Assembly (NCBI GenBank): GCA_031835245.2 | Contig: JAVKOQ020000039.1 | Location: forward strand, 124,001 to 188,000 | Direction of reading: 5' to 3' | DNA length: 64,000 nucleotides | From: Balamuthia mandrillaris | Taxonomy: Eukaryota | Shown here: positions 52,984 to 64,000 of the stretch, one piece after another | Layout: every line of letters starts with the position of its first letter | Numbering within the stretch: the stretch's first letter is position 1 | Translations under genes and position numbers: made by a program | Notes under the pieces: model-generated | What the model was told of the DNA's origin: nothing | The model's database searches: none | What the model saw: the letters and a program-made list of their open reading frames with translations, nothing else

Positions 52984-54964
52984 TTTCTTTTTGGGCCAGT
53001 TTTTCTGACCGGTTTATTCTTCACTCCATTAGACCGGAACATACATCAACCCGAACTTGCCCATGAACGTTTCCAGGAGCTACAACAAGCTTACGACGTG
53101 CTAAGCGATCCACACGAGCGTGCATGGTTTGTTGCCTTTCTCTCTCTCTCTCTCTCCTTCTTGCACGGTCTCCTCTTTCTCTTCCTTCGATTAACTCCTC
53201 CAAACGCATGTGTAACAGGTACGACGATCATCGAGAGGCCATTCTTCGCGGAGGGGACGGCACCGCCGAAGAAGGCGCTGAGCACGGCATCAACCTCTGG
53301 CCCTTCTTCAACAACAGCTGCTTCTCCGGCTACAACGACGGCCCCAAGGGCTTCTACACCGTCTACGGCGGCCTCTTTGCCAAGCTGGCCGAAGAGGAGG
53401 AGGAGGCAGCCGCCAACAAGAAACAGAAGAACGGCTCGCCAGCGGCGCCGGCCTTTGGCGACCTCTCCACGCCTTACCCCGCCGTCAAAGAGTTTTACAG
53501 CCATTGGCTGAACTTTGTGACCCAAAAGAACTTTGCTTGGTGCGACCAGTACAAGACGACGGAGGCCCCCAACCGACAGATCCGTCGCCTCATGGAGAAG
53601 GAAAACAAGAAATGCAGGGACAAAGAACGAAGGCTTTTCAACGAACAAGTCAGAGTACGTTGTTTTTTTTTCCCCCTTTTATTCTTTCATCTTCCTTCTT
53701 TCTTCGTCCTTCTCTCAGTTTTGATGTAACATGTGATCACTTAAAGCACTTGGTGGAGCATGTGCGGAAGAAGGACAAACGAGTTATAGAGCATCTCATT
53801 AAAACGAAACAAGAAACAGAACAGAAGAGAGAAAAGGAGTTGCTGAGAAAGAAGCAGCAGGAGGAAGAGCGGCAGGCCGCTAGAGAACTGCAAGAGGCCG
53901 AAGAATTGCAGCACTTGGAGAACTTTCAGGAGGAATGGGACAAGCTGGGCTTAGATGACATTTACTCTCCAGAGGAACTTTCTCGAGGGAAGAAGAAGAA
54001 CAAGAAGGGCAAGGGCAAGGATGTACAAGCGGCCGCAGATGCAGTTGATGCTAAACATATGGATGGAGAAGCCGAGCTCTTTTGTCCTGCGTGCAAGAAA
54101 AGCTTTAAGTCTGAGCGATCGTACGTGTTTTATTCCATACGTTTCTCCTCCTTCTCGTCACTCTCTCTCCCTCTCTCTCTCTCTCTCTCTCCCTCTCCCC
54201 TGTTTGTTAATTTGGTAAAATGCAGTTATCAGAATCACGAAAAATCTAAAAAGCATTTGGCCAATGTAAAGAAGCTCGAACGCGAACTATTGGAGGCAGC
54301 TCTAGCTGCAGAAGACGAAGACGAAGAGGCGGAAGAGGAAGAAGACGAAGGAGCAAAGGGGGAGGAGGATATGCAAAAACATGGCAATGACAGCGAACAT
54401 AGCGAAGAGTTTGTGGTATTGGGCGATGCCGATTCCTCCTCTGGAAAGGAACAACGTGAAGCAGATGGTCAAGAAAGTGAGGATGATGAAGAAGAGGAAT
54501 GGGAAATGCTGTTGAGATATCAGCAACAAAGCCGGCGGTTCTCCACCGGAAGCCAAGATGAAGAGGAAGAGGAAGAGCAAGAAGAGGCTGAAAACGAAGA
54601 AGATGAAGGAAGTGCAGATACAGACACAACGAGCAACACAAACGAAGCGAAAGAACAGGAAGAAAACGAAAGCGCACCGGAAAGCAGTGCAAAAGAAAAC
54701 GGTTTAGATGAAGGCGAAGAAGAGGAAGTAGAAGAAGCAAAGACGACGAAGGAGACAGCTAAACCCTTCACAAAGAAAGAAAGGCGCATGTTACGAAAAA
54801 TGCGAAAGAAAGACAGCAGAGCCGCAACCAATAGCTCCCCTGCGCCCTCCTCCTCCTCCGAAGACAATGCCCTGCGGTGCAAGACCTGCTCCGTCACGTT
54901 CCGCTCTCGCAACAAACTCTTCCAACACATCAAACAAACGGGGCATGCAGCCTTCAAAAAATAA
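52819..54964 (+). CDS. DNAJC21: J-domain protein with C2H2 zinc fingers (DNAJC21/Jjj1-like)
   Basis: RCYYEVL...[87 protein letters not shown]. Confidence 0.92.
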
Positions 54965-55078
54965 CAGCACAAACTTAGAGAAATGTTTCCTCTTCTTCAG
55001 AATAGTTGAGCAAGTTGGAGTCCACCCCCATTTCTTGCAACATTCGGGTCATGGTCAGGTCTTCCTGTGGTTGCCCTG

Positions 55079-55250
55079 TTAGCCCCTGGTGAACCGCGCT
55101 GTGCATTCCCTGCAGCTTGGCGAAAAGGTCGGTGGCCACTTGTTGGCAGGCTTCTTTCCATTTGTCTCTGAGTACGTTGACTTTTTCTGTTTCTTGCTAC
55201 ACACGTTTTTTTTGTAAGCATCTTTGCCTTCTTCCTCGTTCTCTTCTCTC

Positions 55251-55296
<46 letters not shown>

Positions 55297-56017
55297 GTAG
55301 TAGCGTGAAAGCAAAAAACCTTTTGTAATTGTCGGCGCTCATAGATGGCTTTCTTGCGGTCAATCTCTTTGAGGTGCTCTTCCAGCGACTGTATCTCAGC
55401 CTCCAATTTCTTCTTCACCTGCTCAAATGTGGCTGGCCTCAACTTGCATTTTGAGAAGAGAAGATTGGGAGATTGTCGAGCAGATGCGAGACGAGAGAGA
55501 GAGAGTGAGAGAGTAGAGAGAGAGAGTGAGAGAGAGAGAAGAGAGAGTGAGAGTGAGAGAGCGAGACGAGAGAGCCGGTTGCCCATACCCGCAGCTTGGC
55601 AGTCGGTGAAGTAGTGTTTTTGTATGAAATTCTTCGCGGCCGCTTAGATGGCGTGCCTTGAGCAGAAGAAGCCGCGCATGGTGTTGCAGATAACGCTGTC
55701 GTTGAAGTGGTTGTTGTAGAGGATGCGGCAACAGGGTCCTTGTCGGCAAGTGTCTCGGTGTTGGTTTTAAGGGCAGCTTTGCGTTTCCGCAGGCGAGAAC
55801 GTAGGGCAGGGCTCAGCGCCTTGGAGAGGTGATTTGTGCTCTACTTTGTGTGTTGTTGAGGAAGGTGAGAAAAAGAAAAACACATCCTGCTAGGGGCGTC
55901 CAAGGAGTAAGCACCGAAGACATTCTTTTCCGCTCAACGGCGGCTTCTAGCGTTAATCTTTCTTATTTTTACTTCCTTGAAAGGAATTCGCCAGGTTTCC
56001 TTGGTTACGGTATCCAT
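55079..56017 (-). CDS. Hypothetical small coiled-coil protein; exon structure uncertain
   Basis: Coding-like segments (e.g. PATFEQVKKKLEAEIQSLEEHLKEIDRKK) separated by GA/TC-repeat introns; candidate ATG at 56017. Confidence 0.4.
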
Positions 56018-57147
56018 GGTGAGCGTGACGTCAGCATTTCAAAGACTTTTCCTTCGAAATTCTCGAATTATCTACGGGATTTCCAAGGATGTCCTCAAAA
56101 TTACGACATTTGTACCTTTTTTAGGTTCGTTTTCCTCGGAGTTTCGGTTTACTCCGCTCTGTTTCTCTCAGGTAACCTTAAATTTGCCGTAAGTTTTAAT
56201 CGTGCTTCCATTTCGGTTTCCATTTTGTTTACGTTCGAGACAACGAAAAACACACACACCTGCACAACCTACGCCTCTCCGTAGTCACCACAGCAAATCT
56301 CCTGCCACCCTACGTGGGGAAAGGGGGAAGAAAACCAAAACCAAGACCAAACTTAACATCTCGCGCACACGCACACCTTAAAAAAAACCCAAACCTTACC
56401 ACTACACGCCAACAACAACAACAAAAAAAACTAAAAGCTAACTTGACTATATTGTTCTCGTTATTTTTATTTTTTTCTTCTTTCTTTCTTCTTCTTTCAT
56501 ACCACACACGAACACCCACAACAGGGCACTACCAGTCGATTGGTGGCTCCGTTTTTTTTTTTGCTTAGCAGCTGTATTATTATTTGATTATTATTTTTTT
56601 TCACCACTGTTGTACACCTTACCGCTCTCTTGACTGCAGTTTTTTTTTGTTTGGGACTAACTATCCACTACTCTACTGCAGAGGAGAAAAAAAGGGAAAC
56701 ACAAAACGTTGTAGCAGCTCATTTCTTTTTTGTGCTAACTACTCTTTTTTTTTCCTTTCCACCAAACCAATCAACCCCTTGTTTTCCTCTTTCAAGGACA
56801 GCAACGATACCACGACCAAACCACCACCGCGATTCCTCTTCTTCCTCTTCTTCAACTTCCACTTCATCTTCTTCCTCTAAACATTCCAACAATCCTTTTA
56901 ACACCGTTAACAACAAGAGCAACAAACACAACAACAAGAAGGAACTAAACCACCTCAACAGGCGTAAGCGAGGACAAAGGGGGGAGTTAGGCAGACAGCG
57001 AACCAACAAGGAGGAAGGCGGCAAGGGACGAGGCAAAAAGCGAAGGAGGAGGAGAGAGGACTAAAAGGTAAGCCAAACGTTTCTGGCTTTTGGGAGGGAG
57101 GCACTAGGATTGTAGATAGAGAGTAGAGAGAGAGAGAGAGAGAGAAG

Positions 57148-57197
<50 letters not shown>

Positions 57198-57595
57198 GCA
57201 AAAAACTTTAAGGCATTATTTATTACTATTCCTGTTTGAAGGCAACGGTCACCCAAAGATCAAACCCTTTCAAGGCAGCGAATACAAGGATAAATAATAA
57301 AGGGACCATTACCCCTCTGCTTTTAGCTTGTGCTCTTTTGAGAGAAGGAAGCAAGGACAACAGGAGAGAAGGGAGAGCGCGCGGAGAGAAAGAGAGCGAG
57401 AGAGAAAGCAAGAAGACGAGGAGCAAGGAGAGCCTCAACGCGGACCCGAAGACCGGAAAGGAGCAACGAGTAGCTGAAGAAGTGCACGTACGCGATATAG
57501 CCTCCTCTTCCATCGTCGCCGCCCCTACTACGTGGACCAAGACGACCAACTCCCCCTCCACCCGACGAGCGAGCCCTCCTGCTGCCGCTAACGAC

Positions 57596-58485
57596 ATGGC
57601 TGCTTCCATGAAGAAGGACGTGCCCATTGTGGAAACCTGCGGAGACCGATTGCAGGACATGCGTCTGCGCCCCGTGCGCGAGGCTGACTTTGACCTGCTT
57701 CTTAGCCTCGACCAGAAGGTCTACCCTTGCGAGGACGTCACCTATAATGCCCTTAAGGCCTGGTACAGGAGGAATCCCGAGTTTGGCATGATTTACGACC
57801 TCCCTGACGATGGCGAGATTGTGGCCACCGCCATTTTCATTCCTCTCAACGAGAAGGGCTGGAACAAGCTCATCAACGGTGAACTCGACGAAGGCGAGTT
57901 GGGTCCCGAAGAGGTAAGCACTCATTTTTTTTCTTTTACTCTTTCGTTGCTTGCTAACAAAACTCATGCGTTCCCACTTTCTTTCAGATATTTGATGCAG
58001 AGCGCGACTCGGCCATCGGAATTCATGTCTATCATTTGGAGAAGTTGGACAACAAAGTGCGCAGCTTCTTCCAGACAGCTATGACCGACCTCAACGCCAT
58101 CATCCAGAGGCTTAGAGAGGCCAAGGCCAAGCGTCAGCAGCTCGCTCTGCCCCTGACGGAGGAGCAAGGTCAGCAGCTGCTGAAGGTGGTTGGCTTTAGC
58201 GGCCTTGCAGTCACCAACAATGGCATCGGCCTCTTGTTCAACAAGCTGAACATGATGGAGAGGGACTACATCTGCCAGCAGCACATCTTGCAGCGCAAGG
58301 CCATTCGAAGGAGCGGCCACTCCTCCGCCGCCGACAAGAACGAGAGTGACCTCACCGTTTTCAAATGTTGCACTAAGAAAGAGTTGGCGCAAAAGTTGGC
58401 AGAGGGGTACGACTATGTTAACAGGTGCAAGATGCTGGTCACCTACCCCACCGAGCCAAGCATCGTCTGGATCTTCCTCAACTAA
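57596..58485 (+). CDS. GNAT-like acyltransferase fold protein, 2 exons
   Basis: MRLRPVREADFDLLLSLDQKVYP start, WYRRNPE, GEIVATAIFIPL, LAVTNNGIGL; intron 57913-57987. Confidence 0.55.
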
Positions 58486-58622
58486 GAGCAGGGTCAGTCT
58501 GGTGTGTTTCCAACTGTTATCTCTTCTGGTTTTTTCTTGTACAGTTACAGCTTTACCCATTTTTTTTCATCACGCATTTATATAAAGTTGAACAATTTGC
58601 ACGACTTCCCTTTTGGCTTCTT

Positions 58623-58660
<38 letters not shown>

Positions 58661-59180
58661 TTTCTCTCGCATAACCTTGGCGTGTCTGTTTCTTTTTGAT
58701 ATATGTGACGTCAGCGACTGCCAATCGAAAATCAAATCGTTTGAAATAAATAAACTCCGCAAACCAGTGCATCCAATCATCAAAACTCCATAGCCTTCCT
58801 AAATTAGCCTCATGCCCTTATTTAAACCTAAATTGTGGCCGGGAAAAATTTGGTTGGGGTTGAAGAAGTTGAAATCCCAGAAAAAATAAGTTTTTAGTTA
58901 TTTAGGCGTAGCCACGCGTTGATAAATAAAAAAGAAAGGGGACCAAAAAGCAGAAGTGGAAGTCCGCGCACCGAAATAAAAAGAAGAGAAAGGGATCTGG
59001 TTTGTGTTTTTATTTTTCATTTTCCTCCTTCTCCTCTTGGCCAACACTTCTGGGTTTTTAAAAAAAAAAAATAACAAAAACTGAAACATTCCTTCTCGTT
59101 CTCTATCCGCCGCTTGCAGCCCAGTTGATTTTGATTTGTAATTATCTTTTTTGTCCTCGAAGCGACTTGACAAAGCCGAC

Positions 59181-60221
59181 ATGGCAGCAACGGAATAGTG
59201 CGTTACTCTTTCTTGAGACGAGGCCTTTCTCCTTTTCCTCCTGTCGTTCTGTTTCTGTTTTTGTTTTAACGTTTCTCTTCTCTTTACCAAACAAAGTGAT
59301 CACTTGTTTAAAATTCTGATGGTGGGAGACTCGGGTGTGGGCAAATCGTCTCTTTTGTTGAGGTTTACGGTATGGCTGGCTGCTTGCCCCTCTCCTTCCC
59401 TTTCTTCCTCTTCTCAAGGAGAAGAAGTCCCTTCCCTTCCCTTTCCTTTCCCCTCTCCCTGCTCTTCTGATTAGATTTCTTGTCTTTTTTGTGTGGTGCT
59501 AGGAAGACACATTTTCTGAGAATTTCATCAGCACAATCGGAGTCGACTTTAAGATTCGTACAGTAAACTTGGAGGGTAAAACGGTTAAGATGCAAATTGT
59601 ACGCACCCTCTCTTTGCTGTTCAACAGTTGTTAATACAACTTCTAACTGTAAATAAACGACTCTAACGTTACGATTTTTTTCTCAATTGTCTGCAGTGGG
59701 ATACGGCAGGGCAGGAACGATTCAGAACCATAACAAGCAGCTACTATCGAGGAGCGCACGGCGTCATTCTTGTCTACGATGTCACTGATCAGGTTTCCTT
59801 CAACAATGCAAGGCAGTGGCTTACCGAGATAGAGCGTTATGCTTGTGGGCAAGTGGTGAAGCTTTTGGTAGGAAACAAGAGCGATCTTACAACGAAAAGA
59901 GTGGTGGACTATGTTACAGGAAAGGTTTGTTGATATTTTATATCGTTGCCATCCCCTCGCTCTCTACTCGTATGATTCTAACGATTTCTGTTGCCTCAGG
60001 AATTTGCGGATCAATTTAACTTGCCTTTCCTGGAGGCCTCTGCCAAAGATGGCAACAATGTAGAAACCGCTTTCCTCACGCTGGTGAAAGACATTTTTGA
60101 CAAAACAGTTGGCAACAGTTCCACTGGAGATGACAGTGCCAGCACAGGTAGTATACGGATTCCTTCCAATGGCAAAGGTGCTGCACCTGGCAAGAAGAGA
60201 AGAGGTTTATGTGTTGTATAA
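59181..60221 (+). CDS. RAB1: Rab1-family small GTPase, 5 exons
   Basis: [61 protein letters not shown]. Confidence 0.92.
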
Positions 60222-60879
60222 GTGGTCCTGTGCAATACTGTTTCATTTCTCTTTTTAAAATCGCCTTTTCTTTTTTTCTTGTACTTTCTTTCTCTTTCTC
60301 TTTCTCTTGCCCTGCAATCAAAGCTCATGCCTTCTCCTTGGCCTTTTCCTGCTTCATTCTAATCAGACAACCAGTTGTCTTGAATTCAAGTGCAAACTCT
60401 TTTGCCATCTCATTTTTGAATGCAACTTGCACAGTAGGAAGAGAGAATCCATTAGTACAGCAGGTTTCAGTTGATATCTAGGCAGCTGCTGTTTCAGACC
60501 CATCTTTGTCTCAACAGCCACTCAGGGAGGAGAAGGTAATTAATTGCCGTGGTCTATTTGTTGTTGGTGAGCTTTAGCCACAGATGACAAAGCTTGGCCT
60601 CAAAAAGCTTTCACTAGTATTGAGTCTTACAATGGCCAGCCCCACCAAGATAGCTAAGCAACCAAGTGAGTCACAATAACACCTATTGTCGTCATTAAGA
60701 TGGGTCAGCAGGAGTGCAATGTTTTGAAGCAAACCATGTCCTTTCATGTGAATATTGTAAAAGAAAAAAGAATCCATTTAACTCAAAGCTAAATATAAAG
60801 AAAACAAGACAAATAAGATAGTGATGATGTTTTTAGAGATAATGATGGTAAGGCATCGGCATCAATAGGAACATGTGAA

Positions 60880-61045
60880 ACAAAACTAACTAAAAGAAAG
60901 AGAAAAGGAGGCCCTTCAATATAATAAAAGAAAGAAGCTTAGTGATATGGCAGAAGGCAATTGACCAATGTTTTTGATATCAACAGAAAGAAAAGAAAGG
61001 GAAAGAAGCAAAAGAGCTAATATGTTGAGAGTAATTATCAACATC
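60880..61045. repeat. Diverged ~165-bp dispersed repeat, copy 1 (copy 2 at about 62650-62815)
   Basis: Shared blocks aactaactaaaagaaagaga, aagaagc.tagtgat.tggca, agcaaaaga.ctaatatgttgagagtaatt.tcaaca. Confidence 0.75.
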
Positions 61046-61959
61046 CTTAGTTTGCTTCTGAGCTATAAATACTCTCTTAAGAATAAAAAGAAGATATTAA
61101 ATCATAATACCCTAAGCTTCATTTATAGTATAGAAGATGTTTTCTCTCTTTATCATTTTGTTTCCCTTTGCTTTTTATGATGAAGAAGGCAAAATCAGCT
61201 CAATCCACCAAAATTACCAACAATGTAGCATAGTGTCCTATATTTTGCTAGGTTATAGATAAATAGTAAAATGATAAATGCTTCTCAAATAGATACCCCC
61301 ATGCCTATTCTCAGTACAATGCAATGTTAGTTGATTTGATAGTTAATAGAAAAGAAGAAAAAGTAGCAGTTATTAGTATAAACTTATTTAAATAAGGTGA
61401 AAGAAAATGATATTCTAGTAAAATTGTGAAAAAGAAAGTCACTATTTAGTGGAAATACAGTTGAAGTATTACTCAAAGTTGTAGTGTATATGAATTACTT
61501 GTGAGTGTAATGTTGAAAAAGATGACAGGGAAGGAAACACTTGTGGAAAAAGAGGTGATATAGCCTTTGAAAAAAGGGTTTAGAGTAGAGCTACCAAGTG
61601 GCTTTATGAGAGGAAAGTAAAACAACAAAGTTGTTGATTCATTTTCCAAAGCCTATTTATGATGAAGAAAACAGTACAAATGCATTTCTCCAAACCTAGG
61701 ATGAGTAGAATATTATGAATAGAAAAAAAGAAATAATAGTCATGTTGAAAGTAGAACAACTGTTTAATTTGTTGATAGTAAATATTAATAATAAAAAAAA
61801 CACATGATAAGGCTAGTAGGGAAACAACCTAATGGATACCAACTTGATGGACATAAAGAAAAAACCTTTAATAGAAGGAAAAAAAGAGATATATCTCTTT
61901 GAAGTCCAACCTTGTGATCAAGATCAGCACAACAGAAAGTTAGCAGAGTTATGAACTGA

Positions 61960-63345
61960 AATTGTGATTTATATATCTATTGTTTTTCCTGATTTATTAG
62001 TGGTGATTTTTTTCATACACACAAAAAAAAGAATTTTTTTTTGGAGCTTATTTTTTTTTACCAACACATTAACAACAAGCACATGTCTTATCTACAAAGA
62101 CAGCAACCAAGCAAAAGACATCAAACACAATGCACATATCAAACACAATATAAATGCTAAACACAATACACACACCAAACACAATGCACACAACACTTAC
62201 ATCAAACAGAAAAAGCACCTTGAAAATAAAAGGAAATGGTGTAAGATGAAGGAAAGAGAACTGCAAAAGAATTGGACACCTCATAAGTATGTATGTGTTG
62301 ATGAAGGAATGAGTCTATGGAAAGGAAGAAAGAAAGAAAGAAGTTTGAGTCCTTGTGAAAGGAAAGCTCCACTTGAATGGGATCAAACTGCATTTTCTTG
62401 CAAATCAAACAACATATATTTATAACTTTTGGACTTATCAAGGATACCAGTCAGCAACAAAATGGATTGTTATAACTTTCATTGAGGTGCTTCCTGATAA
62501 AGGAAAAGGATACACAGTTAGCATGGACTCCTATTATAGGAGTGTTAGAAAGGGCAAATAACACAAATGAATGAAGTCAAAACGTATTACTCAAAAAGAG
62601 GAAACATGAAAACAAAGGGTGTAAAGAGGAAAAGGTGTGATATGAACAAAACTAAACTAACTAACTAAAAGAAAGAGAGAAGAAAGCAACAAAATAAAAG
62701 GAAGAAGCCTAGTGATGTGGCAATAGGTGATTAGTATATGTCACAGATGTCAACATAAAGGAAAAGAAAGGAAAGGAGCAAAAGAACTAATATGTTGAGA
62801 GTAATTCTCAACAACAGACTCTCAATAGCAAGAGTGCTAAGAAAGATGAAAATGTCCTTTGTTATGGGCTGTAAGACAGACAAACCTTTTTCACAACAGC
62901 ATGGATTGCTTGCTGCAACTGATGGCTCAATAGTATGATGCTCTTCTTTTTGCAAGCTAATGGCCCTTTGTTGGTGAGATAAGAAGGTCCTTAATCTTTT
63001 CACAACTCCACACCTTGCTTTCTCTTGTACTCACCAAGGCCTATGTCATCTACAAAATGACCAACCAAAATAATGAAAAAGCAGCAAAAACACACAAGAG
63101 GTTTCTTTGCCAGCTTGTGCATACCTTGCTGGAAAAAGCAGGAGGCACAAAGAGGAAAAAGAGGAAAAGAAGTGATGCCAACCATCAAGCAGGTAAAGGG
63201 TTCCACTTTCCAGAGAGGATAGGAAAGTGAGGAACATGCCCCTATTGCAAAGAAGTGGCTCAGTGCACCAGCCAATACACACTTAACTGCCAAATAATCT
63301 TTGTTGCATGCTCTACTCCTGAAACCCCATAGGTGCACAAAAAAG
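61960..63345 (+). mobile_element. Degenerate piggyBac-like transposase relic
   Basis: Fragments in collinear order: VCVDEGMSLWKGR, MKGKLHLNGIKL, GYTVSMDSYY, W*DKKVLNLFTT, KAYVIYK...THKRFLCQLVHTLL, HFPE..K*GTCPYC Cys-rich tail; frameshifts, stops and an internal deletion. Confidence 0.8.
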
Positions 63346-64000
63346 GTAGTACAAAAAAAAGAGGGGGAGGAGAGAGGGTGGGAAAGAATGCAGAGAGCCT
63401 CTAGTGGCGCTTCTTCCTCAATACTGTGTGTTCTCCAGGGCTGAAGATGAGCACAGGAGCTGTTGTTAGAACCAGGTTTTCCAACAAGTCAGGATGACTT
63501 GAACTATTTCTGCTTCTTATGGCATAGGCCAGACCATTTCACAGTTTAAAGTAGATGAGAAGATAGCCACATAGAGAAAGAGGGAGTCACAGAGATAAGA
63601 AAAGCAGGAGTGAAGGAGAGGAAGAGAGAGTTGAAACCTGTTCTTTTACTATTAAAACTACTGCATTATAAGTCTGGCCTGAAAGGATGAAGGGAAACAC
63701 AAGACTTTTAGCAGGGGAAAACACATGATGCCCTTACATTGTGTTACTAAAACACTAAAACTAATTTTGGAATTGAAACTTTTGTTTAATGTAAGGACCT
63801 AAAGGATTTAAGCACCAGTTTATTATTGGGTGATACTTAAAAAATTATTGTGTTGATTGGTCGATCACAGAACTTCAGCACCTGTTTTTCTTTATTTGGT
63901 GCTGTGTGCTTTTGCAGCAGAAACCAAAAAAAAAGCAAACCAAAAAAAAGCAAAAAAGTATGCAAGAAGAAGTGGAACTAACACAAAAAAAAAACAAAAA

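Noticed and set aside
56280..57595. ORFs upstream of the GNAT-like gene
   Set aside because: Low-complexity sequence, more consistent with a long intron-containing 5' leader; cannot be resolved without cDNA.

Overview
Gene-dense, intron-rich eukaryotic DNA read with the standard code. Introns are short GT-AG, many stuffed with (TTC)n, (GA)n or (TCTTGC)n microsatellites; the style suggests a free-living amoeba or other protist, which is inference only. About 28 protein genes can be assembled by hand: an ATP-dependent RNA-ligase-like protein, an alpha/beta hydrolase, two tandem cysteine-rich surface proteins, an ADP-ribosyltransferase-like protein, PIG-Y, a LYR protein, eRF3, a histidine phosphatase, a DNMT1/MET1-type methyltransferase, PUS3, DHX35, RPL37A, a class IV sirtuin, an HSP20-RhoGEF fusion, DPH5, NSE3/MAGE, UBAP1-like, NXF1, DNAJC21, a GNAT-like protein and a Rab1-family GTPase. 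There is also one tRNA-Lys(CUU). The last ~3.7 kb is AT-rich, almost CpG-free and holds a decayed piggyBac-like transposase. Most notable: (1) the eRF3 stop codon sits in a UGA-CUAG readthrough context followed by a 16-bp stem-loop and a 32-codon in-frame extension, a candidate autoregulatory readthrough switch in the release factor itself; (2) a 44-bp fold-back whose four mismatches all become G-U pairs on the minus strand (pre-miRNA-like); (3) a CpG-erased transposon relic with apparent CGA>TGA stops; (4) an intron-containing RNA ligase; (5) an HSP20-DH-PH fusion. All gene models were spliced by eye and no database searches were run.
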